A DNA stretch of 64,000 nucleotides from a virus (Duplodnaviria; Caudoviricetes): IMG/VR virus record IMGVR_UViG_3300030433_002269, positions 18,715-82,714 of that record. One strand, 5' to 3'. Of the stretch, positions 1 to 12,300 are shown in pieces. Position 1 is the first letter of the stretch. Every line of letters starts with the position of its first letter. The position numbers were made by a program, and so were the translations under genes. Below the pieces are notes generated by a model. It did no database searches. It had not been told where the DNA came from and was given only the letters and a program-made list of their open reading frames with translations.

Positions 1-2
1 CA

Positions 3-197
3 GAGCACTTGGCCGGTAACACCACTTTTGGACCTGATATTGAGAACGGTGGCACTACCTGTATGGTCGAAGCAAATGTCTGGGAGCCACTAGACTTAGT
101 CCGTCAGGCCGTCTTGTCTGCTAGCGAGGTATCTATCAGCATCCTCAGAATTGACGACATCATCAGTCGTCGTTCAGATAATCAGGGTCCTCAATGA
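3..197 (+). CDS. ths: Group II chaperonin (thermosome) subunit, C-terminal fragment (5' end outside window)
   Basis: FGPDIENGG..MVEANVWEPLDLVRQAVLSASEVSISILRIDDII matches the thermosome C-terminus ([30 protein letters not shown]). Confidence 0.85.
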   Translation, partial: EHLAGNTTFGPDIENGGTTCMVEANVWEPLDLVRQAVLSASEVSISILRIDDIISRRSDNQGPQ

Positions 198-462
198 TGT
201 GCGTTTCCCTACGAGCATGAGCCATTAGCAACTTGCTCAGACGACCATTATATTTGGGCCTGTTTTTATGGTAAGGTCTGGTAGTGAGGCCTAGTGACCC
301 ATGCTTAAGCACGGTGTGGCAGTTAGGGCATTCGTGAAGAATGACCCTTTCACCTGCAAGGTAGACACCCGATATCGACAACGGTAACGCTGTCGCTTTA
401 CATACCCTGCACCGACGCATAAGTGCGGTCACTAGGCCCCCCATTCCAGCGGCCCCCATCAT
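163..462 (-). CDS. Zinc-ribbon protein (about 99 aa), last gene of the tail module
   Basis: CRVC...CPNC; ATG at 462 overlaps the upstream stop (ATGA). Confidence 0.65.
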   Translation of the reverse strand: MMGAAGMGGLVTALMRRCRVCKATALPLSISGVYLAGERVILHECPNCHTVLKHGSLGLTTRPYHKNRPKYNGRLSKLLMAHARRETHIIEDPDYLNDD

Positions 463-1601
463 AGGCTCACTACATGGAACATTGTCTTCCATGCTGAGCC
501 ATCATAAACGAAACGAGCATACTCGTTGAGCCCAATCACTACACCTTGGAAAGTTATAGTGTCAGTGCCAGCACTGTTGCCGTTTCTGATTTCGATTGCA
601 TGACCGTGAGGGAAAGCACCAGTGGTGCCGATTGTAATTGATGCACTAGGGGTAAGATGGAATATATTAGCCTCGTCGAACTTGATGTTAAAGTTACCAG
701 ACGGTGAATCGGACCTAATTTCAGGATTGATTCTCCATGTATGTCTTACTGGAGTAGTCTGCATATCACGCCTTGCGGTATAATATAGAACTGCATGTCC
801 TTCTCTTGAGTGGCTCTGCCAAAGTGCGCCGAAGTTAGAAGCAGCCAGATTTCCGACCTCAGGTGCACCATACAGGTCATCTAAACTGTATGTTATACCG
901 TTGACTTCGTTGCCGTCAGATACATCGTCATTGGCACCCTTGGTCAAAGGCTGCAAATAAATCGGGCTGTTTCTAATGAAAGTGCGCCTATCGTGGATGA
1001 CAGGGGCAGCGCTGTTTAATCCGGTAGGTAGAGCAGTATTGGCAGTCCAAGTGTATCTAACGATTGCTAATACTGTAGTTTGGCGATTAAGATTTGCACC
1101 TGCTGCTGGGTCTGATAAGAAAGTGTATGGTAACAAAGGGGTGCCAGTAGATATGACAGTAGGTGTGCCGATTTCATACTTTACATGCTGGGATGTATCA
1201 TCTGAATCTAAATAGACTACGACATAAAAATCACTTAATGTAGTAGGAGTTGCTGGAATTGTGCCACTATAATTGCTACTGGTACCTACAGTAAATGTGT
1301 AGGTATTACCCGGTCCGCCTGCAAATTGATACAGTACTCCATCCAGCGTGCAATAGCCACCACTGACAACCAGTTCACCGTCACTAGCACCTGCGTCTAC
1401 AAATCCGGGCGTAGGGCTAATTGTGCTGTTTCTACTCGATGCACCAATTGCTCCATCTTCAAGTCTAACGATACCGTTACCATGTATGCCCTCATACGGA
1501 TTAGTAAGTGAAGGAGAGGTAAGTCCATCTCCATCTCTAAGTCCTTGTGCGCTTGCTCCAAAGCCGGTTGTGCTTGTATGTCCTGATAATGGGTTACTCA
1601 T
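459..1601 (-). CDS. Putative distal tail/tail-fibre-like protein (380 aa)
   Basis: SD GAGGTGA; T/S/G-rich beta-type sequence; C-terminal YARFVYDGSAW typical of fibre beta-sandwiches; end of the tail operon. Confidence 0.5.
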   Translation of the reverse strand: MSNPLSGHTSTTGFGASAQGLRDGDGLTSPSLTNPYEGIHGNGIVRLEDGAIGASSRNSTISPTPGFVDAGASDGELVVSGGYCTLDGVLYQFAGGPGNTYTFTVGTSSNYSGTIPATPTTLSDFYVVVYLDSDDTSQHVKYEIGTPTVISTGTPLLPYTFLSDPAAGANLNRQTTVLAIVRYTWTANTALPTGLNSAAPVIHDRRTFIRNSPIYLQPLTKGANDDVSDGNEVNGITYSLDDLYGAPEVGNLAASNFGALWQSHSREGHAVLYYTARRDMQTTPVRHTWRINPEIRSDSPSGNFNIKFDEANIFHLTPSASITIGTTGAFPHGHAIEIRNGNSAGTDTITFQGVVIGLNEYARFVYDGSAWKTMFHVVSL

Positions 1602-1954
1602 TCGCTCACCTCTATAATTGCTGAGAATCTTATCTCGGTATCCGAGTCTTTATTTATGCCGTTGTAAGCATAACGGAAGATTGCTGTAGTATCAGTATCA
1701 TCACTCGGATTTCTATACTGAAGCACTACTTCACGGAATGGCCTAGTGAAGACTTCAGTGATTGGTACACTAGCCTCCACGAATATGGATGTGTCATCTA
1801 TCACTCTGACAGTTGGTGTAACTACAATACCGGGCTGACCTGCACCACCATCGTCTTGGGTAGCCAGTGACCCATCAAATCCAAAGACAACTTCGTTTAT
1901 ACGGGCTGCTAATTGGTCTACCAAAAATCTAGTTCCTTCTAATAATAACGGCAT
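1598..1954 (-). CDS. Small tail/baseplate-associated protein (118 aa; start moved to ATG 1954)
   Basis: MPLLLEG start just after the upstream stop; beta-rich; between tail genes. Confidence 0.5.
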   Translation of the reverse strand: MPLLLEGTRFLVDQLAARINEVVFGFDGSLATQDDGGAGQPGIVVTPTVRVIDDTSIFVEASVPITEVFTRPFREVVLQYRNPSDDTDTTAIFRYAYNGINKDSDTEIRFSAIIEVSE

Positions 1955-1955
1955 A

Positions 1956-3368
1956 TCAACCCTTCCTTGATGTTTCAAATGATAATAGCGAAGATTGTAT
2001 TTTGAGGTTAGCATTGCGGGCCTCTGGGAAATCAGACCTTCCGTGAATAGTTGACCTGCCATCGTGACCAATGATAATACCTACGCCACGATTACGAGAC
2101 TTTCTGGCTCCAATCTGCCATGCTACTTTGATAGTGAACCCAGCCCCAGTTGCAAACTCTTCTCGCTTTATTTGGCGATTGAATTCTGGATTATCTGATT
2201 CTGACTTTGCTATCTCTACTTCTTGGAATTGCTGTATAATATCCTCAAGGTTGTTAGGTGTAGAGTTAATGTAAAGTTCACTGTTCCTAGCAATCAAATT
2301 GTGCTTAGCCCTTAAAACGACTTTTCTGTCATCGCTATTGCTTTTACGATAAGATATAATATCACCCGGGTAAACAGTACTAGCGTGTATCACTTCTGAT
2401 AGCGTTTCACCCGACTTGACTCTTTTAGCACTGGCTAGGAACCTCTGTCCTATTCTTCTTGCACTCGCCTTGGTAACTGCAGTCGGGGAATAGATACCAC
2501 CGGGTACCTCTATGATTCCACTGGACTGATTACCGAAATCGTCTACTTGCACTACATTCGAATCGTTGTTAGCACGATTCTGGCCCCTTACTACTACACG
2601 ATTAGGGACATTTTCAGTCTTATCTTCAATAGAGCCACCTAATACAGTGTTCTCTGTAACTATGTGCTCTCGATTAAACTGCTTTTGATGAGAATAGTGT
2701 AGGTTGCCAAACTTGTCGCCTCTAGCAGAGTACCCGTCGTGCCTAGAAATGAACCTCAGTGCGCTACTGGCACTTGTGCCATAGAAATCATGCGCTATGA
2801 AAGCATTACTCGGGCGCTTTAGTTCAACTGCATTGACAGAGGATGGCGTGGCCTTGATAATGCGACCTGCTAAATCAGATGTGCGTAAACCTACACTCGC
2901 TTTTTGGGCAAACTGGACATCTTTACCGTTGAAGCCAATCCTCTGCAAATTCCTACCCTTCATATTTTCCAATCTAAAGCGCACGCCCTTGTTCACATCT
3001 TCAATTTTCGACGGTACCAAGGATTCTGAGGGATTCTTAGAGTTAACGACGAGGGGTGGTAATTGACTAGAAGGCCCTACCTTTTCTGTAGAAAAGAACA
3101 CTTCTTTTTCGTAACGATGTCCGTCACTTGACTTGTGTGTAAGTCTAATTGCTTCTTCTTCCTCAACTATAGAATAGCGTCTGTCATGAGAAGGCACGAA
3201 GTCACCTTGTGTGGGAGGTTTAACCACGAATCCTTTCTTATCTTTCACGACTTCTGCGTGATTGACAGCGTTATCTACGAACCTAGGTTTACGAACACGC
3301 TTCATCACAGTGTTCTGTGTCGCATCAAAGCGACCTGTGGTTCGATTGTAACCGTTCGCCATAATCAC
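1956..3368 (-). CDS. Baseplate hub-like tail protein (470 aa)
   Basis: GNLHY...VPNRVVVRG...ARRIGQRFL...VYPGDIISY resembles hub/gpD-type proteins; follows the giant tail protein. Confidence 0.55.
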   Translation of the reverse strand: MIMANGYNRTTGRFDATQNTVMKRVRKPRFVDNAVNHAEVVKDKKGFVVKPPTQGDFVPSHDRRYSIVEEEEAIRLTHKSSDGHRYEKEVFFSTEKVGPSSQLPPLVVNSKNPSESLVPSKIEDVNKGVRFRLENMKGRNLQRIGFNGKDVQFAQKASVGLRTSDLAGRIIKATPSSVNAVELKRPSNAFIAHDFYGTSASSALRFISRHDGYSARGDKFGNLHYSHQKQFNREHIVTENTVLGGSIEDKTENVPNRVVVRGQNRANNDSNVVQVDDFGNQSSGIIEVPGGIYSPTAVTKASARRIGQRFLASAKRVKSGETLSEVIHASTVYPGDIISYRKSNSDDRKVVLRAKHNLIARNSELYINSTPNNLEDIIQQFQEVEIAKSESDNPEFNRQIKREEFATGAGFTIKVAWQIGARKSRNRGVGIIIGHDGRSTIHGRSDFPEARNANLKIQSSLLSFETSRKG

Positions 3369-6300
3369 TCCCCGCTATGGTCTCCTGTATTATAAGATGC
3401 ATCACCTTTGCTACCCTTAGGGTGTAGTGTCTGGCTATATCTAGGCTCTACGGAATAATCTCCTTCGTCGTCGTCAACGGACTTTCGATTAGCGTCTGCT
3501 CTGAAGTGCTCCAGTGTGTTCTCGGACATGACTACTCTTGCGACAGGGTTGGTAATGTCCTTCTTGTCATATCCTGTTACATCCACACCCGGAATTTTTG
3601 GCCCTTGGCTATCTGGTACAGTTAAACTTCCGGCAGGGTCTATATCGAAGACCGGAGCATATGGTGGTGCACTAGGTGTTCCCGTTCTGGCATTAGGTGC
3701 ATCACTAAGGAACAGTCCATACTTACCACCGCTAGTTGCCCTGTAATAGTTAGAGCCGCTCTGAGGACCATAGTCTGTAGCAGGTGGGTGTCTAAACAAT
3801 ACAGCATGTGAATTGTCTAAAATCTGGGCAGGTCTAAACAGGAACTCGATTGTGCTATCTTTTTCGTTAGTCTTCTGCTTAGTCGAATCATGATTACTAT
3901 CTTGGTAAGGGTTAGATGAAGAGGAAGCGCCCGCTTTGCCCCAGCCCTCATCGCTTAGGCTACCAGCATATTGCTGCCAAGTCATTACATAAGTTCCACC
4001 AAGGCTCCAATAAGCATGAGCGTTTGATAATTTCACAACTCCAGACTTAGGCTGGGCAGAGAAGTCTTGGTTAGTCAAGTCTAAGTCCTTGAGAGTTCTA
4101 TCTCCACCGTCGTGTGCTCCACGGATGTTAGTTCGCTGACCTACTTCTTTGTCAGTGTGTAGACTGTAAGCCTGTGTAGACATAGTGATGTATTCTCTGT
4201 GGACACCATCATTGAGTTCACCTAGTGTATCAACATCAAGTCCAATTCTCATACCGTCACGACCGACAGGTTCTGCTAACTGTCCGCCAGCGAACTCTCC
4301 ACTCTTAGATTCAATTGATTCACCTACCATTACTTCTGGCTTTAGTAGCCCATCATCAGATTCAACATCAAGGCGAGAACTAATTCCTTTTTCGACTTCG
4401 CCTGCTTGCAACTTTTCATTAGATGGCCTGACATACCCTGTACCAAAGTTAGGTTGGGCAGTGCTGTGACTAAGAACTAGTCCCGTTGCATCTACAACTT
4501 CGCTGACATCCATGAGCATACTTTCATTGAATACTGTAGGCCAGCGAACTCCTCTTCCGTCACCTCTATCTCCCACTCTTAACGCACTAGGTGGGTTAAA
4601 CCAGTCGACCTTTGACATGTTAACACCATTATTGTTGTCAGTGTTGTCATTACCTTGGTAAGCATCAGTTCCATCGCCACCGAATAACTTTGTATTGGAT
4701 GGGCGATGTGTAGACCAAGTATCTTTGTAAGCATCTTCAGGGTCCCAAGATGGTCTAATTCCAAATCCTCTTACAGGGAACCTACGGACATCTTCTCCAC
4801 GAGTATTACCCCACCAGTCTACCATGTAATAGCGATGAGCCTCTGCTAAGTCAGATATACCCTTACCTGATGCATCTCCCGGGTAAAGTCGCCTTACAGT
4901 TGATGCGTTTCTGATAGTTCTGACAGCACAACCGAAAGGAGCAGTATGCCTGCGACCGTCACTGTATCTTACTTGTCGACCTAACTGGTCTTGATTTAAT
5001 AGCGCAGTAACTTGCGTCAATCGCTCTAATATACCTACATAGGTAGTAGGGAAATCCTTGTCAAGTATACCCCCTGTAACACCTACATAATCCCAACCGT
5101 TAGTCTTGCCATCTTGCTGCACGAACGGACCGTGATAGTACCCTAGTAGCGCATTAGCGTCAGGTAATTCATCCCATCCTCGCACAAATGGCCCCCATCT
5201 TGGGCGATTGTAAGCCTGCCTGAGAGCAAATCTGTATCCAAAGCAATAGTTCCTAGCGTAATCAGAAGAGGATGTCATTTGTGTATAGGTACGAGTCTCT
5301 ATACCTGTATTATCGTGGTAGCCTATACAATCCATATCGAATGTTTGACCACTCCAACCGATGAGGCTATCACCATAAGTTTCCAGTCGACTTACAGCAC
5401 CACCACCATGGCTTCCACTAGGCCACATACCACCAAAGTTGAATTTATTACTACTTTCGTCTGTACCTCCTTGGTGGGAAAGGTTAGCGTCTGCATCAAT
5501 TGCAGTTGCTGTATAAACAGTACCATCATCACTCAGGCCCGCAGAGCCCGGAGGACTTAGCCATTTCATCTTTAGTCCGAATGGACCCTTAGAAGCAGAG
5601 TAATAGAAGTCATGGTAATGTATAGTCTCAAAGTGTTCAGGTATACTGTTGAAGCCCTTCTTTGTTACAGGGCTATCAGGTCCACCTGTCTTATCGTAAA
5701 ATGCTCTGCTAGAATCATCGCTATACCAAGTGAACGGACGGCCAAGATTATGATGCCATAAGCAAAGATAAGCGTCTGGTGTGTGTAGGCTATTCGTATC
5801 TCTACTGCCATGCATGGTTTGTGGCAACAATCTAGTTATTGCACTGACTTCAGAGTTAGTAAATACTGCTCCAGTCTCACGGTTGTCGAAAGGACCGCTG
5901 AGCCTTAATACAGTGCCGGGTACCAAGAAGTCCCAGAACTTGTTACTAGGGGCAGCAGTTACACCCTCAAAGGTCGTGGAATGCCCTAAGGTTGCATATG
6001 TGTTAGTACCTGTTCTGTTGTTGTAGCCACTAGTGTATCTTCGACCATTGTTGAAATACTCCAAAACTTCGCCGTAATATGGCTCGACAGGGAACAAATC
6101 ATTGTTATCGACTATGATTACATGAGCAGCAGAATCTACACCAATGACAGTGCAACTTGGGTTTAGGCTGCGCAACCTCTTGTGCTCCTCATATATGTCA
6201 AGGTAAGTGGTTGGATACCCAGCCAGTGTCAATTGGGCACCTACGCTACCGTAAGATGCACGGCAGAATTCGTAATAGTTGTCAGGCTTATGCCATTCTA

Positions 6301-9300
6301 AATGTTTGAACTTGTCAGCACCACTAGCATTAACACCTTCTCTATGCAATATACCCCACCAAGGTATTGTTGAAGTATAGCCCGGTGTAGCACTGATGAA
6401 CATACCCGGTCTGTAAGGTAGGCTGCGGCGAGTTAGGCTTGGGCTACTTGTTTCTTGTACACCTAGTGGGTTGTAAAGACCAAGTGAAGGTATGTTAGTG
6501 AATTGGCTACCAGCGTCTGGCTCCATATCAAGTATAACTTCGTTGATGATTACCTCACAACCTCTGACATCGGCCATGGTGGCTTCGGCTAGAATAAGTG
6601 CAAATGCTCCATTAGTTGCACTGGTATCATGCTCGATTGCTACAACTGTATTGACTTGCTGTCCAGTAAGTTCAGTGACCTTAGTCCCACTTTCAGATGG
6701 AGCCTTAGTAGCGTCACTGTGGTTTTGGTGGAATCCTTTCAACTGCTGTGCGAATAGATTTGGCTGGATTACAATCTGGTATGCACCTACTTCCATAGGG
6801 TCTGGGAAGTGGTCCTTCAGAGTGTAAGCAGCAGCGGCTTCCATTACTAATGCGTGGCCACCTTGGCTGTTGGTAGTTCCACCCGGTCCTACACTTGCTG
6901 CAATACCATATCCTTCGTATTTGACTTTGGTCTCAGTAAGTAGAGTAAAAGCGCCGCCGTGTATGTCACTTGGTCCGAAAGCAGCAGTAATGCCGGAGAA
7001 CCAAATTAGTGGGTCACGCCCCGGTACTTTGTCAAGAATGTTAGTTGAATCGTAACCACTTTCTAAAGTAGCGACGGTGCTACTACGACAGGCTTGATTT
7101 AAGTCATACAATCTCTGATAAGCAGGGTGAGCATAATGGCCCGGAAGTAAAGCCATCGTAGGGGTGACATAGTGATGACCCATTCTAGGGATTGGCATAG
7201 GTGTCATGATTGGCTCAATCATATCTTCATATGGTTTAATCGCATTTAGGTTCTCATAATCGATGACCTTCATGTCAGGACTTGCACCACTGTATTCGCT
7301 GTGGTCACGAAGTCTGCGAGCAGCGAAGAACCTAGTGCTACCTGCTGGCATGTAGTAAGAAGGAACTATTTTTAGACCAGATTTACCCTTTACGAACTCT
7401 GCAAAATCGGGTGCAAATACAACATCGATGAAGTCGTTACCTGAAACACTTTCGTAACTTGCAATGACACCCTTATCGGTTGTAGGGTCGTAAACCCTTA
7501 GGAACCATCGGCCTCCACTCTTTTCAGAAGCATCTTCCCATACAGATGGGGTCGGAGCAGTAAGTGCAGTAATAGTATCGGCACCATTGGTATCGAAATC
7601 TAACTCGTCTACATCATCGCGATGGGTCATGCTAATACCCATTCTAGTTACATGGAAGTATAGGCTTCTGTCATGCGGCTCATAGGATGTGTTCAGAGGA
7701 TTGTTGTTAGTATGCTTACTCCAACCCTCATTGGTACTATCAGGGAACGATATACGAGAGCGACCAGTTGCTAGTCCAGCAGATGTTAAGACATTAGTAT
7801 CCTTGACATCTTGGCTTAGGTGCTCCCAACCATTAATTTCCCAAGTAGGCCAAAGACGAGGACCAGCACCTTCATTGTCAAACATTTCACGAATTCCAAG
7901 GGAGCCTTGTGATGGGTGGTGCAATCCTCCAGAACCAATAGTTTCGTTTTGATAAGCCTGAATGCGGTCAAAGCCGGGTCTAACTATGATGTTACCCGGT
8001 ATTTCGTCAGGATTTGGTAATCTAATTTTCATATTAGGGGAGACACCGGTACCCGCTAAGGCAGGGGCTAAGCCCTCTACATCTCTGTCACTTACATGTC
8101 TGAAATCGTAGATGACAGTACCTAATGGGCTACCACCTTCCAAGCGATGCTCTTGACCAGTATCATCAGTGACGAGTAGACTTTGGAACTGCATTTCTTC
8201 ATTAGGGATAGCCAATGCATTGCGGACTTCAAACGGATGCTGCTCTGCAATCTGCGGGTGACTCAATTCTTGTGCCTGTATAATTGGGAACATTGCCCCA
8301 TTAGTAGTTTCAAAGGAGAATCTTACATTGCCCAGAATCTTTTCACCAACTAGTTTGTATTCACTACCGTCCTTTCGCTTGACCCAAGGCATTAGACCTA
8401 GACCCCTTGCACTTGGTCCCGGCATAGTGAGGCTTCCGCCATCCATACGCTTCCATACTACATGTTCAGCACTAAAGTTTCTAGCAGCGGCCTTATCTTT
8501 GTAGAAAGCATAGATACCATTAGTAGTATCCATGTAATAATCTTGATTAGTTACACCTTCACACTTTACACCTTTAGTGCTGAAGTCTTCGTGGAATACA
8601 GAGCCCGGTACAACCTTTTCGTCCCAGAATAAATCACCTGTTGGGCTAAGACATGAGTCTGCCTGTAATGACGGATGACCCGGTCTGACATGTGCATGCC
8701 ACCATGTAGCAGGTCCACCTACAACAGGATAATCAGAATCAGTAGAAGGTATAGATGTACTAGGTGCAATTTGCGCTTCAACTCTAGGTCCAGCAGTTGC
8801 TGGGCCAACATAACGGTCTTTGTTGTGAATCTTGTCAGTATCCCATGCTACGGTACCGGCATTGGCAAGTGTAGATGTGGCTTTGAGTTCAAGCCAATCC
8901 CCTGCGCACAATATTCCATCACGGTCAGCCTTAGCAATCAATGGTAACTCACTTTCATGCGTAACTGCAATCAAGTGTCTGCTGGAAAGGCCAGTAACAC
9001 AATGGTCGCCTGCTAAAGCCGTAGGTGTGTCATTTGCCCCAACCGGAGGTGGTGCACCTACACAGGTCTCTGCAGAGCCGTAAGGACTGAAGCCAAGCAA
9101 CGGATGCCAAGCACCTTTACCAGCAGGGTAAACATCACCGGTCAAACTCGGATTTAATACTTGGTAAGAATTCATGTAAGAATATGCTTCACCATGCCAC
9201 CCAAGGGCACCGATTGGCTTAGTTCTATCAACTGCATCTGTTAAGCCATTAAAGTGGACTTGACACATATGGTCACGGCTAGTGTCTGTAGGATTGTTGT

Positions 9301-12300
9301 TGTATCGATGCGTACCCGCTTTAGTCCAAACATAAACGAAATCGCCGGGTAGTGGCATAAATGGTGCTGCGGTATCAGGTTCAACTGGGTCGCTGTTAGG
9401 AGATTGAGGGTTAGAGCCTAGTGTAAAGGAACTACCACTAAATCCAACATAAGAGGCGTATCCCGCCTGTCCAGTGGCCGAAGTAAATCTTAACCAACCA
9501 TAATCTGGTAAAGTGGTAGGTATAGCACTAAAAGTGTTAATGATGGCAGCACTAGTCGAAGGAACTTCTGGTATAAATGAATCTACTTCTAATTGGACCC
9601 AGCCATATCGGTCTTGTTTGTGCGCATTTTGCATAGAAGGAAGGAATGTGCCACCAATTGCTTTAAGCGGGTCCTTACCGGGGAATGTGTTGATTGCTGC
9701 GGCAACAACTGCTCCTAACTCTTCTGCGTTTTGACAGCGGGTTGCATCGACTAAGATTACATTTTCATTACCAGTCATGTCCTCTTCTGTAGTAAAACTG
9801 GCAAGATAACCAGTCGCTAGTTGCCCACCAGCACGGAACATAGTTACATTTGGCTGAGCACCTGAACCAGACGCTAATCTGTTTGTGCTAATTGGGTGCT
9901 TAGGATTACGAGTATAGTGATTGTCAAGGAAATGACCTCCGGGGTGATAGCCACCGTCCATTTGCCAGACCATACTACATGTCCGTGTTTTGCTTCCCAA
10001 GGATGCACCTGTATAGTCTGTAATTACATAATCCATAGGGTGAGCATATTTAGGATAAATTAGAGGTGGAGTAACAACCAAACTCGTGTTGTAATATAAT
10101 GCCTCTATATCTAAATTGCAATATCCTATACCAGTAGTAGATGTATAATTAGGAAAACCTTTCGTTGGCTCCCAATTCATCAAGAGGTTATAACCTCTAA
10201 CATTTCCTATTAAGTAATCAGCAGTAGGTGGTAAAAACTCTTGTGCACCACTTCTATCAGGTCCACCTTGAGTAATTTGGTTAGGTAAATACGAATCGCC
10301 AAACGGCGAATCTATAGGAACTGCACTGTAACCATTACCGATAACTATCGAATCCATTGCCTGTGGCTCAAATGTAGCAGTATTATGCGGGAATGACTGA
10401 CCGGGGCCGTAAATCATGAACACAGTTTGGTCATTTTTCTCACCAGCAGCAGAGTATCTAGCGTGTGGGTGAGCAAATCTTAGCACTATAGGGCTAGGTC
10501 GAGTACATATTGTACCCGAATAGGATATGCCTGTATGAGGTGCAGACTGACTATTACCAGTATCCATGTCGTAAGGTAACAATGAATCTTGGTTGAAGAA
10601 AGGAGGATTGTTTTGTCCTCTATGTTGGTCTAAGTAAGGAGTTCCGGGGAACATGGCTAACATAGCGTTAGCATCGAGTAGGGCATATGCACCAGCGATT
10701 TCTCCTACATTCTGTAAACCAGCAGAACCTGTCGGACCACTAGAGTAAGGGTGAGTATAGAATTCAGTATAATCATTCTGAGTGCCGTCATTGATGTCAA
10801 TAGTTACACCCGAAAAGCCACCTCCGAAGTAGAGTGGCACCCAGTGGTCAGGGCTATCTCTACCTCCTCTAAAGTAAAGGAATGGGCTTGACTTTTTACT
10901 ACCGGCTCTGCGGACACCCTCTACCTGTATAGCATGAAGGTGGTCACCGTATTGACAGAATACAGGGTCAGGACCGGAAGAACCACCGGGTCGAAGTTTA
11001 GTTTCGAAGTTTGCAGAAATTTCAACCTCATCGTATTTCAAACGAGTTTCCGGTGTAGTATGAGTATTATCACTTCTGACTACACCCCATTCAGTATCGT
11101 CTACATACATAGTAAATTTGTTACCCCAACTATTACTGTTAGCAGAAGCAGGTGTACATATCAAGAATAGATTAGTCCCTGTAATCAAATTCATATAATT
11201 ATGATTGGTACTAGCACTACTATTATCAATTTGAATCATTGGGTTATTTACCATAGGTATGATATGGTCACCTACAAACTTGGTATAGTCTTCTCCTCTC
11301 AAGTTTCTTTGCCACTTAGTCACATCCACTACATTGTTGTTAGTGTCGACTAATACAGGTGTTGCAGTATTCGCATTAGCACCACGATACTTGGTGTTAA
11401 TATGGAGAACTGTTTTGGGAATATAACCAACATCTAGGCGTGTATCACTATCGATTTCTGCCTCAGTCAGCCCACCAAGGTGGTCAGTGCCAACAGTGTC
11501 GGTACTCGCTCCATCTTGTAAGCCCCAATCGGGGGCACAACTAACTTCAAACAAATGTCTGAGAGGAAGAACTCTATGCTTGTCGCTGTGGGCTCTAATC
11601 CTAATTGCCGTATCACTAAGTCCCCAGTCACCCAAAGTTCTACCGTCAGGTGCCCAAAGATGAGAAACATCTAGTGATGTGGTTCTAACATCATTACTAT
11701 TCGGGTCTTCCATATTGATAGCATGCTCTACTGCGGCAGCAATTACCTCGTCTGTTAGTAAGGTAGTGAAGTTGATTCTAGCACTGATGTAATGCGGGGA
11801 AGCAGGTAAAGTACCTACACCCTTTACACCATAGAACTCATGGACTCCGGTGTTGTCATTATGGGTACGGCTAGTGTAATGGAAAGTCATACCTTGCAGA
11901 CCACTAGCAGTAGAAAGTTGAATCATTCCAGAATCTGGGAAACCAAGGTAGCCTAGCATGTCTGGGTGACTGAGGCTGGTTGAAGCAGTGTCATAAGGTG
12001 CTGAAGAGAAAACAACTGTCAACTTACGAGAAGACCCTGCACCACTTGAAGTCGCTGCACAGTGTAAACCTGCAGCAGGGCTAGGATAGTTGTTCCAGAG
12101 GTTGCCTTTGAATGGACTGGCGGTACCACCTGTTAGTTCCCCACAGACTTCTCCTTCTCCCACCATATGCTGACCAATTGTGAAACCACCTTGTGATACA
12201 TCCCTATCATCAAAGTGAATGACAATCTCATTATCTATTGTAGGTGGAAGCGTTGTGAGGTCATTGGCAAAAGGATACCCATATTGACGGTAAACCATCC

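Noticed and set aside
1955-2071. 5' extension of the 157-aa ORF as listed in the track
   Set aside because: Overlaps the upstream gene; ATG 1954 right after its stop is more plausible.
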